The position numbers and the translations under genes are program-made. The notes beneath the pieces are model-generated. The model was given only the letters and a program-made list of their open reading frames with translations, did no database searches and was not told the DNA's origin. Shown here in pieces: positions 41,903 through 56,456 of a stretch of DNA of 64,000 bases; the stretch's first letter is position 1; each line of letters begins with the position of its first letter. The stretch covers positions 27,780 to 91,779 of the forward strand of contig CAXHJY010000286.1 of assembly GCA_964016885.1 (NCBI GenBank). The letters are read 5' to 3'. The DNA comes from Eledone cirrhosa (lineage: Eukaryota).

Positions 41903-42669
41903 GTATGTGTGTGTATGTGTATATATATATAATATATATGAGCAATACATGGTCCCCGGAAAGAAACAATGCAGTTATTAAGAGTTGAAATTAATGCATG
42001 CTCAAATTCACAGCTCTAGCATCAATCCTTCATAGTCTGACCAAGATACTCTCATGGAATAACCAAATGAGGTTTATTTTTCAACATAGTCCCTAGAAAT
42101 AGTTATTAATAAGAAGAGCTGAAATTAACGCATGCAAGACTTCGTAGGCTCTAGCATCACTTCTTCATAGTCAGCCTGCGAACCTTTTAGCCTACCCTCA
42201 TATTTATGGAGTTGAATTGATAACTAGTTATCAAAGGAGACTTTTAAGGCTGCTTAAGTACTTAAGAAAGATACTTAGCTACAGAGATATAGGGATATAC
42301 ATTAGCAGTGTACAAGTAGTAATTCTAGAGCTGCAATTATACGGCTAGTTAGTTATATCGCTATTGTTATGTAGCAGAATATGATTACATGATTAATCAG
42401 TTATATAATCACCCATATCTTTCAAATTGCTGCGAATCTACAAATACAAAATAAAATAGCAAATGAAGGCTGTTTATGAGCTACAAATTACTAGAAGGTA
42501 TCTCAGTTGACAATATGTGAGTAGCACAAAATTGATCGGCATTCTCTCCCCTTACTGTCACTCTCTAGCCTGGAGGAGCCCATCCATCTCAAGGTCTGAG
42601 TACAACAGATTTCTTCCAAAGACAGATAGAAAGTGAGAGAGAGGAAATGAGAAAGAGATATAGAGGAAG

Positions 42670-43772
42670 AATCGACCTCAGTACTAGACTGGTACTTTTT
42701 TTTTATCGACTTCGAAAGGATGAAAAGCAAAGTTGACCACGGCGGGATTTGAACTTAAAGAGCCGAGACCCGGAACGAATGCAGCAAAGCATTTTATCCG
42801 GCGTTCTAACGACTCTGCCAATTCACCGCATATTTAATACTTAGATTATTGAATAAGAGAAGGGTGGTGGGTTGGCAGTATCGGTAGAGCGTCGGACACC
42901 ATGCTTTGTAGCATAGAGTTACTCCCCCTTATGATCTGAGTTCAAATCCCGCCGAGGTTGGCTTTGCCCTTCATCCTTACGGGGGTCGATAAAATAAAGC
43001 ACCAGTAATACACTGGGGGTCGATTTAATCGACTTTTCGGTCCCCCAAAGTTACTGGCCTTGTGCTTATAGTAGAAATCATTATGGTGGATTGGCAGTAT
43101 CGGTAGAGGGTCGGTCGCCATGCTTTCCAGCATAGTTACGTCCCTTTACGATCTGAGTTCAAATCCCGCCGAGGTTGACTTTGCCTTTCATCCTTACGGG
43201 GTCGATAAAATAAAGTACCAGTAATGCACTGGGTAATTGCTGGCCTTGTGCCTAAAGTAGAAACAATTATTTGTATAAAATTATCTATGAGTTCAAATCC
43301 CGCCGAGGTTAACTTTGCCCTTCATCCTTACGGGGTCGATAAAATAAAGTACCAGTAATGCACTGGGTAATTGCTGGCCTTGTGCCTAAAGTAGAAACAA
43401 TTATTTGTATAAAATTATCTATGAGTTCAAATCCCGCCGAGGTTAACTTTGCCCTTCATCCTTACGGGGTCGATAAAATAAAGTACCAGTAATGCACTGG
43501 GTAATTGCTGGCCTTGTGCCTAAAGTAGAAACAATTATTGACTGAGAGAGAGAGAGAGAGGGGGGGGGAGGAGAATGTTAATCGGACCATTTATTTTAAA
43601 GCTTTAATATGACGCTTTAAGATTTAATATAAAAATCAATGGAATTCGCGTAGGTTGAGAGATCCTCCTGGGGAGCGATGTTGACAGCATTAGTCGGTTT
43701 CCTTCGGGATTAATATTCCTTTAGTAATGCACTGGGATAATTGCTGGCCTTGTGCCAAGAAGTAGAAACAAT
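42670..43772. mobile_element. SINE family A cluster with tandem 3'-half duplications
   Basis: Minus copy at 42670-42830. Plus copies start at 42862 and 43085, followed by two repeats of the 3' half (43290-43540). Confidence 0.85.
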
Positions 43773-44249
43773 TATTTTTGTTCTATAAAAGCAGTACTCA
43801 ATACACAAAGTAAAGTTACATTGGATATTCAAGTGTCTTTCTTCTGTGGTTATGAAAACGGAATAGGAAGGGAAAGGCAAGGGCTCTAGTATCACAGGGG
43901 CAGGGCTCTAGTATCACAAGGGCAAGGCTCTGGGCCTAGGGCATGGTGGTATTGAGGCTGTGCCCCGCGGACAATGGCCAGTGACACTCGCTGCAACAGC
44001 CACCCCACCTCGCGTGGCTCCTTCCTCAGACGGGCCGCTGGCGTTCTATAAAGTGTTATCATTAGATTCTACAAAGGCGTATCTTGAAGCAGCTCCTGTT
44101 AAATTTCTTATAATATTTGTCTTTTCTAACGTAGGTCGTGTTTATTGTGTTATCATGTGGAGGAAAAGGAGGAAAATTAGAGCGAAAAACATTGTTATTT
44201 CCTTTTGCCATCACTTAAACGTGGCTGTTCCTTCTTCAAAGAGTTATGT

Positions 44250-47200
44250 ATGGCGGCGGAGGTAGTACTGGCGGCGGTGGCGGTGGAGTTAGTACTGGTG
44301 GAGGAGGTGGAGGTAGTGCTGGTTGCGGTGGAGGTAGTACTGGTGGCGGTGGCGGTGGAGGGAGGACTGATGGCGGTGGAGGTAGTACTGGTGGCGGTGG
44401 AGTTAGTACTGGTGGAGGAGGTGGAGGTAGTACTGGTTGCGGTGGAGGTGGAGGTAGTGGCGGTGGAGGTAGTACTGGTGGCGGTGGAGGTAGTACTGGT
44501 GGCGGTGGAGGTAGTATTGGTGGCGGTGGAGGTAGTGGCGGTGGCGGTGGAGGGAGTACTGGTGGCGGTGGAGGTAGTACTGGTGGCGGTGGAGGTAGTA
44601 TTGGTGGCGGTGGAGGTAGTGGCGGTGGCGGTGGAGGGAGTACTGGTGGCGGTGGAGGTAGTAATGGTGGAGGTGGAAGTAGTATTGGTGGCGGTGGAGG
44701 TAGTGGCGGTGGCGGTGGAGGGAGTACTGGTGGCGGTGGAGGTAGTGGCGGTGGAGGTAGTACTGGTGGCGGTGGAGTTAGTACTGGTGGCGGTGGAGGT
44801 AGTGGCGGTGGAGGTAGTACTGGTGGCGGTGGAGGTAGTGGCGGTGGAGGTAGTATTGGTGGAGGGAGTACTGGTGGAGGAGGAGGGAGTACTGGTGGCG
44901 GTGGAGGGAGGACTGGTGGCGGTGGAGGGAGTACTGGTGGAGATGGAGGGAGTACTGGTGGAGGAGGGAGTACTGGTGGAGATGGAGGGAGTACTGATGG
45001 AGGAGGAGGGAGTACTGGTGGAGATGGAGGGAGTACTGGTGGAGGAGGAGGGAGTACTGGTGGAGGAGGAGGGAGTACTGGTAGAGATGGAGGGAGTACT
45101 GATGGAGGAGGAGGGAGTACTGGTGGAGATGGAGGGAGTACTGGTGGAGGAGGAGGGAGTACTGGTGGAGATGGAGGGAGTACTGGTGGCGGTGGAGGGA
45201 GTACTGGTGGAGGAGGAGGGAGTACTGGTGGAGATGGAGGGAGTACTGGTGGAGGAGGAGGGAGTACTGGTGGCGGTGGAGGGAGTACTGGTGGAGATGG
45301 AGGGAGTACTGGTGGAGGAGGAGGGAGTACTGGTGGAGATGGAGGGAGTATTGGTGGAGATGGAGGGAGTACTGGTGGAGGAGGAGGGAGTACTGGTGGC
45401 GGTGGAGGGAGTACTGGTGGAGGAGGAGGGAGTACTGGTGGCGGTGGAGGGAGTACTGGTGGAGATGGAGGGAGTACTGGTGGAGGAGGAGGGAGTACTG
45501 GTGGAGATGGAGGGAGTATTGGTGGAGATGGAGGGAGTACTGGTGGCGGTGGAGGGAGTACTGGTGGAGGAGGAGGGAGTACTGGTGGAGATGGAGGGAG
45601 TACTGGTGGAGGAGGAGGGAGTACTGGTGGAGGAGGAGGGAGTACTGGTGGAGATGGAGGGAGTACTGGTGGAGGAGGAGGGAGTACTGGTGGAGATGGA
45701 GGGAGTACTGGTGGAGGAGGAGGGAGTACTGGTGGAGGAGGAGGGAGTACTGGTGGAGATGGAGGGAGTACTGGTGGAGGAGGAGGGAGTACTGGTGGCG
45801 GTGGAGGGAGTACTGGTGGAGATGGAGGGAGTACTGGTGGAGGAGGAGGGAGTACTGGTGGAGATGGAGGGAGTATTGGTGGAGATGGAGGGAGTACTGG
45901 TGGCGGTGGAGGGAGTACTGGTGGAGGAGGAGGGAGTACTGGTGGAGATGGAGGGAGTACTGGTGGCGGTGGAGGGAGTATTGGTGGCGGTGGAGGGAGT
46001 ATTGGTGGAGATGGAGGGAGTACTGGTGGAGGAGGAGGGAGTACTGGTGGCGGTGGAGGTAGTACTGGTGGAGATGGAGGGAGTACTGGTGGAGATGGAG
46101 GGAGTACTGGTGGAGGAGGAGGGAGTACTGGTGGAGATGGAGGGAGTACTGGTGGAGATGGAGGGAGTACTGGTGGCGGTGGAGGGAGTATTGGTGGCGG
46201 TGGAGGGAGTATTGGTGGAGATGGAGGGAGTACTGGTGGAGGAGGAGGGAGTACTGGTGGCGGTGGAGGTAGTACTGGTGGCGGTGGAGGGAGTGGAGGT
46301 GGAGGGAGTGGAGATGGAGGGAGTATTGGTGGAGGTGGAGGGAGTACTGGTGGAGGTGGAGGGAGTGGAGATGGAGGGAGTATTGGTGGAGGTGGAGGGA
46401 GTACTGGTGGAGGAGGAGGGAGTACTGGTGGAGATGGAGGGAGTATTGGTGGAGGTGGAGGGAGTATTGGTGGAGATGGAGGGAGTACTGGTGGAGATGG
46501 AGGGAGTATTGGTGGAGGGAGTATTGGTGGAGGTGGAGGGAGTATTGGTGGAGATGGAGGGAGTACTGGTGGAGGAGGAGGGAGTACTGGTGGAGATGGA
46601 GGGAGTACTGGTGGCGGTGGAGGTAGTATTGGTGGAGGAGGAGGTAGTACTGGTGGCGGTGGAGGTAGTACTGGTGGCGGTGGAGGGAGTACTGGTGGCG
46701 GTGGAGGGAGTACTGGTGGCGGTGGAGGTAGTACTGGTGGAGGTGGAGGTAGAGGCGGTGGAGGTAGTACTGGTGGCGGTGGAGGGAGTACTGGTGGCGG
46801 TGGAGGGAGTACTGGTGGCGGTGGAGGTAGTACTGGTGGAGGTGGAGGTAGAGGCGGTGGAGGTAGTACTGGTGGCGGTGGAGGGAGTACTGGTGGCGGT
46901 GGAGGGAGTACTGGTGGCGGTGGAGGGAGTACTGGTGGCGGTGGAGGTAGTACTGGTGGAGGTGGAGGTAGTATTGGTGGCGGTGGAGGTAGTACTGGTG
47001 GAGGTGGAGGTAGAGGCGGTGGAGGTAGTACTGGTGGCGGTGGAGGTGGTACTGGTGGCGGTGGAGGTAGTACTGGTGGAGATGGAGGGAGTATTGGTGG
47101 CGGTGGAGGTAGTACTGGTGGCGGTGGAGGTAGTGGCGGTGGAGGGAGCACTGGTGGCGGTGGAGGGAGTATTGGTGGCGGTGGAGGGAGTATTGGTGGC

Positions 47201-47420
47201 GGTGGAGGTAGTGGCGGTGGAGGTTGTGGCGGTGGAGGTAGTACTGGTGGCGGTGGAGGGAGTACTGGTGGAGATGGAGGTAGTACTGGTGGAGGAGGAG
47301 GTAGTGCTGGTGGCGGTGGAGGGAGTACTGGTGGAGGAGGAGGTAGTACTGGTGGAGGAGGGAGTATTGGTGGAGATGGAGGGAGTATTGGTGGAGGAGG
47401 AGGTAGTGCTGGTGGCGGTG
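44250..47420. repeat. G-rich ~21-bp satellite (GGAGGGAGTACTGGTGG(C/A)G..), about 3.2 kb
   Basis: Long stop-free frames on both strands because the unit is built from GGN triplets. Confidence 0.95.
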
Positions 47421-47505
47421 AGAAAATACAAATTTCTTCTGTATTGGGGGACAATTGCTCCCTGAAAAGAAAAGCCTCAGTATTTCTAACATTAACAACA
47501 GCACT

Positions 47506-49190
47506 GTGGATTGGCAGTATCGATAGAGGCTCGGACGCCATGTTTTGCAGCAAAGAGTTACGGCCCTTTATGGTCTGAGTTCAAATCCCGCCGAGGTTAA
47601 CTTTGCCTTTCATCCTTACGGGGTCGATAAAATAAAGTACCAGTAATGTACTGGGGTAATTGCTGGCCTTGTGCCAATAGTAGAAACAATTATTTTTAAT
47701 GATGACGGTGGATTGGCAGTATCAGTAGAGGGTCGGACGCCATGCTTTGAAGCATAGTTACGTCCCTTTACGATCTGAGTTCAAATCCCGCCGAGGTTGA
47801 CTTTGCCTTTCATCCTTACGGGGTCGATAAAGTACCAGTAATGCACTGGGGTAATTGCTGGCCTTGTGCCAAAAGTAGAAACAATTATTTTGGTACTGGT
47901 GCGGTGGATTGGCAGTATTGGTAGAGGGTCGGACGCCATGCTTTGCAGCATGGAGTTAAGCCCCTTTACGGCCTGAGTTCAAAACCTGCCGAGGTTAACT
48001 TTGCCTTTCATCCTTACGGGGTCGATAAAATAAAGTACCAGTAATGCACTGGGTAATTGCTGGCCTTGTGCCTAAAGTAGAAACAATTATTTTTAATGAT
48101 GACACCTGTGATAATAGCTATAAACAAAAACAGCCAAAAATAACAGTGGCAACATCAATGTTTGAATTTCACTAGGAGATGGAACAGGTGCAATCGTACG
48201 TCACAAGGGAGGGAAGAATACTGCTCCCTAATGCAGTGCTACTCAAAGTGGTGGTCCGCTACCGGTACGCGACCAGTGTCCAGGACATGCTAAGGAATCA
48301 TTTGAGGAATTATTTTTATTACTTTTTTATATGTTTTGATATTGTATTATTTGATTGGCAGTATCGGTAGAGGGTCGGACGCCATGCTTTCCAGCATAGT
48401 TACGTCCCTTAACGATCTGAGTTCAAATCCCCACGAGGTTGACTTTGCCTTTTATCCTTACGGGGTCGATAAAATAAAGTACCAGTAATGCACTGCCGAC
48501 CAAAATAATGACAGCAAAGTGTCTAGTCTGGCGTTTAACATTGCCAGCCATTTCCCCCTCCATCTTGAAATAAAAAGTTTAAAGGAAAACATCTTTCAAA
48601 TTGTCGAGTTACAGTTTATCGCGATATCTGTTAATCTAATTAATTTACTTAACGTAACATTGATCTTTCCCTTGCATGATCCACGTGACAGACGATGTAT
48701 GTGCTGGAGATACAATGCTAACTTTTCAACAAAATATTATCCTGCTACTATTATTTATATTTCTCTGAAGGCGGTGGGTTGGCAGAACCGGTAGAGGGTC
48801 GGACGCCATGTTTTGCAGCATAGAGTTACGGCTCCGCCCCGTATGATCTAAGTTCAAATCCCGCCGAGTTTAACTTTGCCTTTCATCCTTACGGGGTCGA
48901 TAAAATAAAGTACCAGTCACGCACTGGGGTCGATTTAATCGAGTTTCCCCTCCCCCAAAATTGCTGGCCTTGTGCCTATATAAGAAACCATTATTATATG
49001 GCGGTGTATTGGCAGTATCGGTAGAGGGTCGGACGCCATGTCTTGGCGCATAGAGTTACGGCCCTTGCCATTCTGAGTTCAAATCCCGCCGAGGTTAACT
49101 TTGCCTTTCATCCTTACGGGGTCGAAAAAATAAAGTACCAGTAATATACTGGGGTAATTGCTGGCCTTGTGCCAAAAGTAGAAACAATTA
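47506..49190 (+). mobile_element. SINE family A cluster (about 6 copies)
   Basis: Heads at ~47506, 47706, 47902, 48353, 48770 and 49000. Confidence 0.88.
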
Positions 49191-49287
49191 TTTATATTTC
49201 TCGAATTTTCAGTGAATTTATCCATACTAGGATTTTTTTTCTTCAACACGCTGACGCGTATGTGTGTATATGTGTGGTAGCAGCATG

Positions 49288-49525
49288 CATCAGACGTAAA
49301 TAGAGGAGTAGTAAGAGGTAGTCGTAACAACAGTGGTAGCAGCCTACATCAGACGTAAATAGAGAGTAGTAAGAGGTAGTCGTAACAACAGTGGTAGCAG
49401 CCTACATCAGACGAAAATAGAGAGTAGTAAGAGGTAGTCGTAACAACAGTGGTAGCAGCCTACATCAGACGTAAATAGAGGGGAGTAGTAAGAGGTAGTC
49501 ATAACAACAGTGGTAGCAGCCTACA
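49288..49525. repeat. ~59-bp tandem repeat, about 4 copies
   Basis: CATCAGACGTAAATAGAGAGTAGTAAGAGGTAGTCGTAACAACAGTGGTAGCAGCCTA. Confidence 0.9.
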
Positions 49526-49884
49526 ACAGTGAATGTCAGACGTTGTTTTCTGCAGACATCACCCCTTCCTTCCATGCCGTTAAATAGTCATGAATTCTTC
49601 TTTTTCTTCTTTTCTTCCTTCTTTCCCTCCTTTTCCTTTGTTCTTCTCCCACTTATTCCTGAGAGGGTCGTGGGGGCAGAGTCCTCAAACACTCCTTCCA
49701 GCGGGTCCTGACGGAAGCAACCCCGTCTCCAACTGATCCCCGTCTCCAACACACACGCGCCTTTGTCCGTCATTTTGAACAAGTCAACCTGTTACATACG
49801 GAGTTCATATTCGCTATAGAAGTCAGTCTCTCATTGCACTAACGTTGATTTGAACTTACAGTATCTAGTTTAAGATACTCCATA

Positions 49885-49932
<48 letters not shown>

Positions 49933-49935
<3 letters not shown>

Positions 49936-50735
49936 GGTGGGGCATAATTTCTGTTACAAAGTTTTAAATCAATTTAAAAGTACATTATGTTGCTAATCTA
50001 ACTAAGATATTTGTATCAAATCCATGCACTATAAACATATTAACTATTTTTCAGAACATTACGCCATTAACAATTTGCAATGTCCATAGAATTGGAAAGT
50101 TCATAATAGAGAAGCATGAAAAAGGCCTGACTCCACCCGAGATATTTAAATTGGGGAAAATTCTTAAGATCAATAGAATGTTGATCAAAAGGACAATCGA
50201 TCGATTTAAGGAAACTTCCTCGACCAAAGACAGACCTCGATCCGGACGCCCTCGCACCTCAGGAACACCTAAACTCGTTAAAAGTGTGAGGGAAAAAATA
50301 AGGCGTAATCCAAGAAGGTCCATGAGAAAAATGGCAGAAGAAGCAGAAACATCGCCGAGTACATGTCGAGATGATCTGGGGATGTCACCCTATAAGTTCC
50401 AAAAGAGGCAGCCACAATTGAAAAAAGGGTCTCCAGAAGTAAACTGTTATTGAACCGTATCAAGAATGGCACGCTGCAAAACATCATCTTTACAGATGAG
50501 AATTTATTCACTGTGCAGCAGTCTCACAATCGTCAAAATGATGGAGTACTTGCAAAAAGTCTCAAATCAATTCCTTCAAGTGTAGGAAAAGTGTTCAGAA
50601 CACAGAAACCAGCATCACTGATGGTTTGGGCAGCCATTTCTGAAAGAGTGAAGTCTCCTCTGATTTTTGTGCCTCAGGGAGTTAAAATTAACAAAGAACT
50701 TTACATAAAGGATATTTTGGAAGGAGCACTGATGC
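49933..50735 (+). mobile_element. Tc1/mariner-superfamily transposon (maT/DD37D-like), 5' half only
   Basis: TA|CAGGGTG TIR start; HTH region RFKETSSTKDRPRSGRPRT; first catalytic D in IIFTDENLF; then HNRQND, LMVWAAIS, GVKINKELY. Frameshifted and cut off by the TA tract before the second D. Confidence 0.85.
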
Positions 50736-50979
50736 AATATATATATAATATATAATATATATATATAATATATATATATATAATATATATATATATAATA
50801 TATATATATATAATATATATATATATAATATATATATAAATATATATATATATAATATATATATATATAATATATATATAATATATATATATATATAATA
50901 TATTATATATATAATATATATATATATAATATATATATATAATATATATATATATAATATATATATATATAATATATAT

Positions 50980-51021
<42 letters not shown>

Positions 51022-51956
51022 TATATATATAATATATATATATATATAATATATATATATATATAATATATATATATATGATATATATATATGATATATA
51101 TATTATATAATATATATATATATCATAATATATATATATGATATATATATATATATATATATTATATATAAGATATATATATGATATATATATATATATA
51201 ATATATATGATATATATATATATAATATATATATATATATAATATATATAATATATATATATATGATATATATATATATAGATATATATATATGATATAT
51301 ATATATATATAATATATATATATATATAATATATATATATATATAATATATAATATATATATTATATATATATAATATATATATATATATATAATATATT
51401 ATATATATAATATATAATATATATATATATATATAATATATATATATTTATAATATATAATATATAATATATATATATATAATATATATAATATATATAA
51501 TATATATATATATATATAATATATATATATATATATAATATATATATATAATATATATATATATGAGATATTATATATATATGATATATTATATATATAA
51601 TATTATATATATAATATATATATATATAATATATATATATATATATAATATATATATATATATATAATATATATATATATATATAATATATATATATAAT
51701 ATATATATATATATAATATATATATATAATATATATATATATATAATATATATATATATAATATTAATATATATAATATTAATATATATAATATATATAT
51801 ATATATAATATATATATATATATAATATTATATATATATAATATTAATATATATAATATATATATATATATAATATATATATATATATAATATATATATA
51901 TAATATATATTATATAATATATATATATATATATATATATTAATATATATATATAT

Positions 51957-52035
<79 letters not shown>

Positions 52036-52674
52036 TATATAATATATATATTATATATAATATATATATATAATATATATATATATATAATATATATATA
52101 TAATATAAATATATATAATCATATATATATATAATATATAATATATATATATATAATATATATATATATAATTATATATATATAATATTATATATATATT
52201 ATATATATAATATATATATATAATATATATATATATAATATATATATATATAATATATATATATATAATATAATATATATATATATAAATATATATATAT
52301 ATAATATATATAAAATATATATATAATATATATATATATATAATATATATATATAATATAAATATATATAATATATATATATAATAAATATATATATAAT
52401 ATAAATATATATAATATATATATATATAATATTATATATATATAATATATATATTATATATAATATATATAATATATATATATATAATATATATATATAT
52501 AATATATATATATAAATATATATATATATAATATATATAATATATATATATATAATATATATATATATAATATTAATATATATAATATTAATATATATAA
52601 TATTAATATATATAATATATATATAATATATATAGTATATAATATTATATATAATATATATATATAATATATAT

Positions 52675-52769
<95 letters not shown>

Positions 52770-52782
52770 AATAGATATATAT

Positions 52783-52841
<59 letters not shown>

Positions 52842-52970
52842 TATATATAATAAATATATATATATAATATATATATATATATAATATATATATAATATAT
52901 ATATATATAATATATATATAATATATATATATTATATATAATTATATATAATATATATATAATATATATA

Positions 52971-53012
<42 letters not shown>

Positions 53013-54309
53013 TATATATATAATATATATATAATATATATAATATATATATAATGTATATATATATATATATATAATATATATATATATAATATAATAT
53101 ATATATATATAATATATATATATATAATATATATATATATAATATATACATATATATATATAATATAATATATATATAATATATATATATATAATATATA
53201 ATATAATATATATATAATATATATATATATAATATATACATATATATATATAATATAATATATATATAATATATATATATATAATATATACATATATATA
53301 TATAATATAATATATATATAATATAATATATATATATATATCATCATCATCATCATTTTACGTCCGCTTTTCCCTGCTTGCAAGGGTGGGAATATATATA
53401 TATATATAACATATATATATATAATATATATATATATAATATATATATATAATATATATATATATAATATATATATATAATATATATATATATATAATAA
53501 TATATATATATATAATATATATATAATATATATATATTATATATATATATATAATATATATATATATAATATATATATATATAATATATATATATATATA
53601 ATATATATATATATAATATATATATATATAATATATATAATATAATATATATATATATATAATATATATATATATATAATATATATATATATATAATATA
53701 TATATATATATAATATATATATATATAATATATATATATATATAATAATATATATATATAATATATATAATATATATATATAATATATATATAATATATA
53801 ATATATATATAATATATATATAATATATATATATATAATATATATATAATATATATATATTATATATATATATAATATATAATATATATATAATATATAT
53901 ATAATATATATATAATATATATATAAATATATATATAATATATATATAATATATATATAATATATATATATATAATATATATAATATATATATAATATAT
54001 ATAATTATATATATATAATATATATATAATATATATATAATATATAATATTATAATATATATATAATATATATATAATATATATATAATATATATATAAA
54101 TATAATATATATATAATATATATATATATAATATATATATAATATATATATAATATATAAATATATATATAATATATATATAATATATATATATATAATA
54201 TATATATATATAATATATATATATAATATATATATATATATAATATATATATAATATATATATATATAATATATATATATAATATATATATATAATATAT
54301 ATATATAAT

Positions 54310-54356
<47 letters not shown>

Positions 54357-54375
54357 TATAATATATATATATAAT

Positions 54376-54440
<65 letters not shown>

Positions 54441-54556
54441 ATATATATATATATAATATATATATATAATATATATATATATAATATATATATATAATAT
54501 ATATATATATAATAAATATATATAATATATATATATATAATATATATATATAATAT

Positions 54557-54590
<34 letters not shown>

Positions 54591-54599
54591 ATATATATG

Positions 54600-54645
<46 letters not shown>

Positions 54646-54733
54646 TAATATATATATATATAATATATATATATATAATATATGTATATATTATATATAT
54701 ATATATAATATGTATATAATATATATATATAAT

Positions 54734-54780
<47 letters not shown>

Positions 54781-54824
54781 TATATATAATATATATATAA
54801 TATATAATTATATATATATAATAT

Positions 54825-54869
<45 letters not shown>

Positions 54870-55004
54870 ATATATTATATATATTATATATATATATATA
54901 TATTATATATATATATAATATTATATATATAATATATATATATATTATATATACATATATATTATATATATATATATATTATATTATATATTATATATAT
55001 ATAT

Positions 55005-55038
<34 letters not shown>

Positions 55039-55060
55039 ATTATATATTATATATATATAT

Positions 55061-55092
<32 letters not shown>

Positions 55093-55123
55093 TATATATA
55101 TATATATATATTATATATATATA

Positions 55124-55162
<39 letters not shown>

Positions 55163-55488
55163 TATATATATATATATATTATATATATATATTATATAAT
55201 ATATATATTATATATATATATATTATATATATATATTATATATATATATATTATATATATATATATTATATATATTATATTATATATATATATATTATAT
55301 ATATATATTTAATATATATTATATATATATATATATTATATATATATATATATTATATATATATATATTATATATATATATATTATATATATATATATTA
55401 TATATATATATATTATATATATATATATTATATATATATATATTATATATATATATATTATATATATATATATTATATATATATATAT

Positions 55489-55522
<34 letters not shown>

Positions 55523-56225
55523 ATATTATATATATATATTATATATAATATTATATATATATATATATATTATATATATATATTATATATATATATTATA
55601 TATATATATTATATATATATATTATATATATATATATATATTATATATATATATTATATATATATATTATATATATATATTATATATATATATTATATAT
55701 ATATATTATATATATATATATATATTATATATATATATTATATATATATATATTATATATATATATATTATATATATATATTATATATATATATATTATA
55801 TATATATATATTATATATATATATTATATATATATATATACTATAGTATGCTAGGGAAAGGATCAGGGGTGTATAAACACTCCACATAATTTTATATATA
55901 ATATATATATAATATATATATATATTATATATATATATTATATATATATATATAATATATATATATATATATAGTATGCTAGGGAAAGGATCAGGGGTGT
56001 ATAACACTCCACATAATTTATAATATAATATATATATAATATATATATATATATAATATATATATAATATATATATATATATAATATATATATATATATT
56101 ATAATATATATATAATATATAATATATATATAATATATAATATATATATATAATATATAATATATAATATATATATATATAATATATATATAATATATAA
56201 TATATATATAATATATATATAATAT

Positions 56226-56260
<35 letters not shown>
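50736..56260. repeat. Giant degenerate (TA)n tract
   Basis: About 5.5 kb of almost pure A/T with short inserts at 53341-53391, 55843-55890 and 55971-56015. Confidence 0.97.
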
Positions 56261-56263
<3 letters not shown>

Positions 56264-56398
56264 GTATGCTAGGGAAAGGATCAGGGGTGTATAACACTCC
56301 ACTTATCCAGCAGGCAGTATGAGGTTAGCTCAATGTCTGAGGACAGAGCCGTAATATAATAAATAAATAACAAAGAACGCTTATAGCATATGCCATAT

Positions 56399-56456
56399 CT
56401 TTACTTGCCAACATTGTTTCATCCGCACTATAAGTGGGACTCATCAGAGCATAAAG
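56399..56456 (-). ncRNA. Minimal type I hammerhead ribozyme motif (family H3)
   Basis: Minus strand: CTTTATGCT CTGATGA GTCC-CACTTATAGTGC-GGAT GAAA CAAT GTT GGCAAGTAAAG. Confidence 0.62.

Noticed and set aside
49588-49790. Short GC-richer minus-strand ORF as a possible host exon
   Set aside because: No clear donor site or recognisable protein motif.
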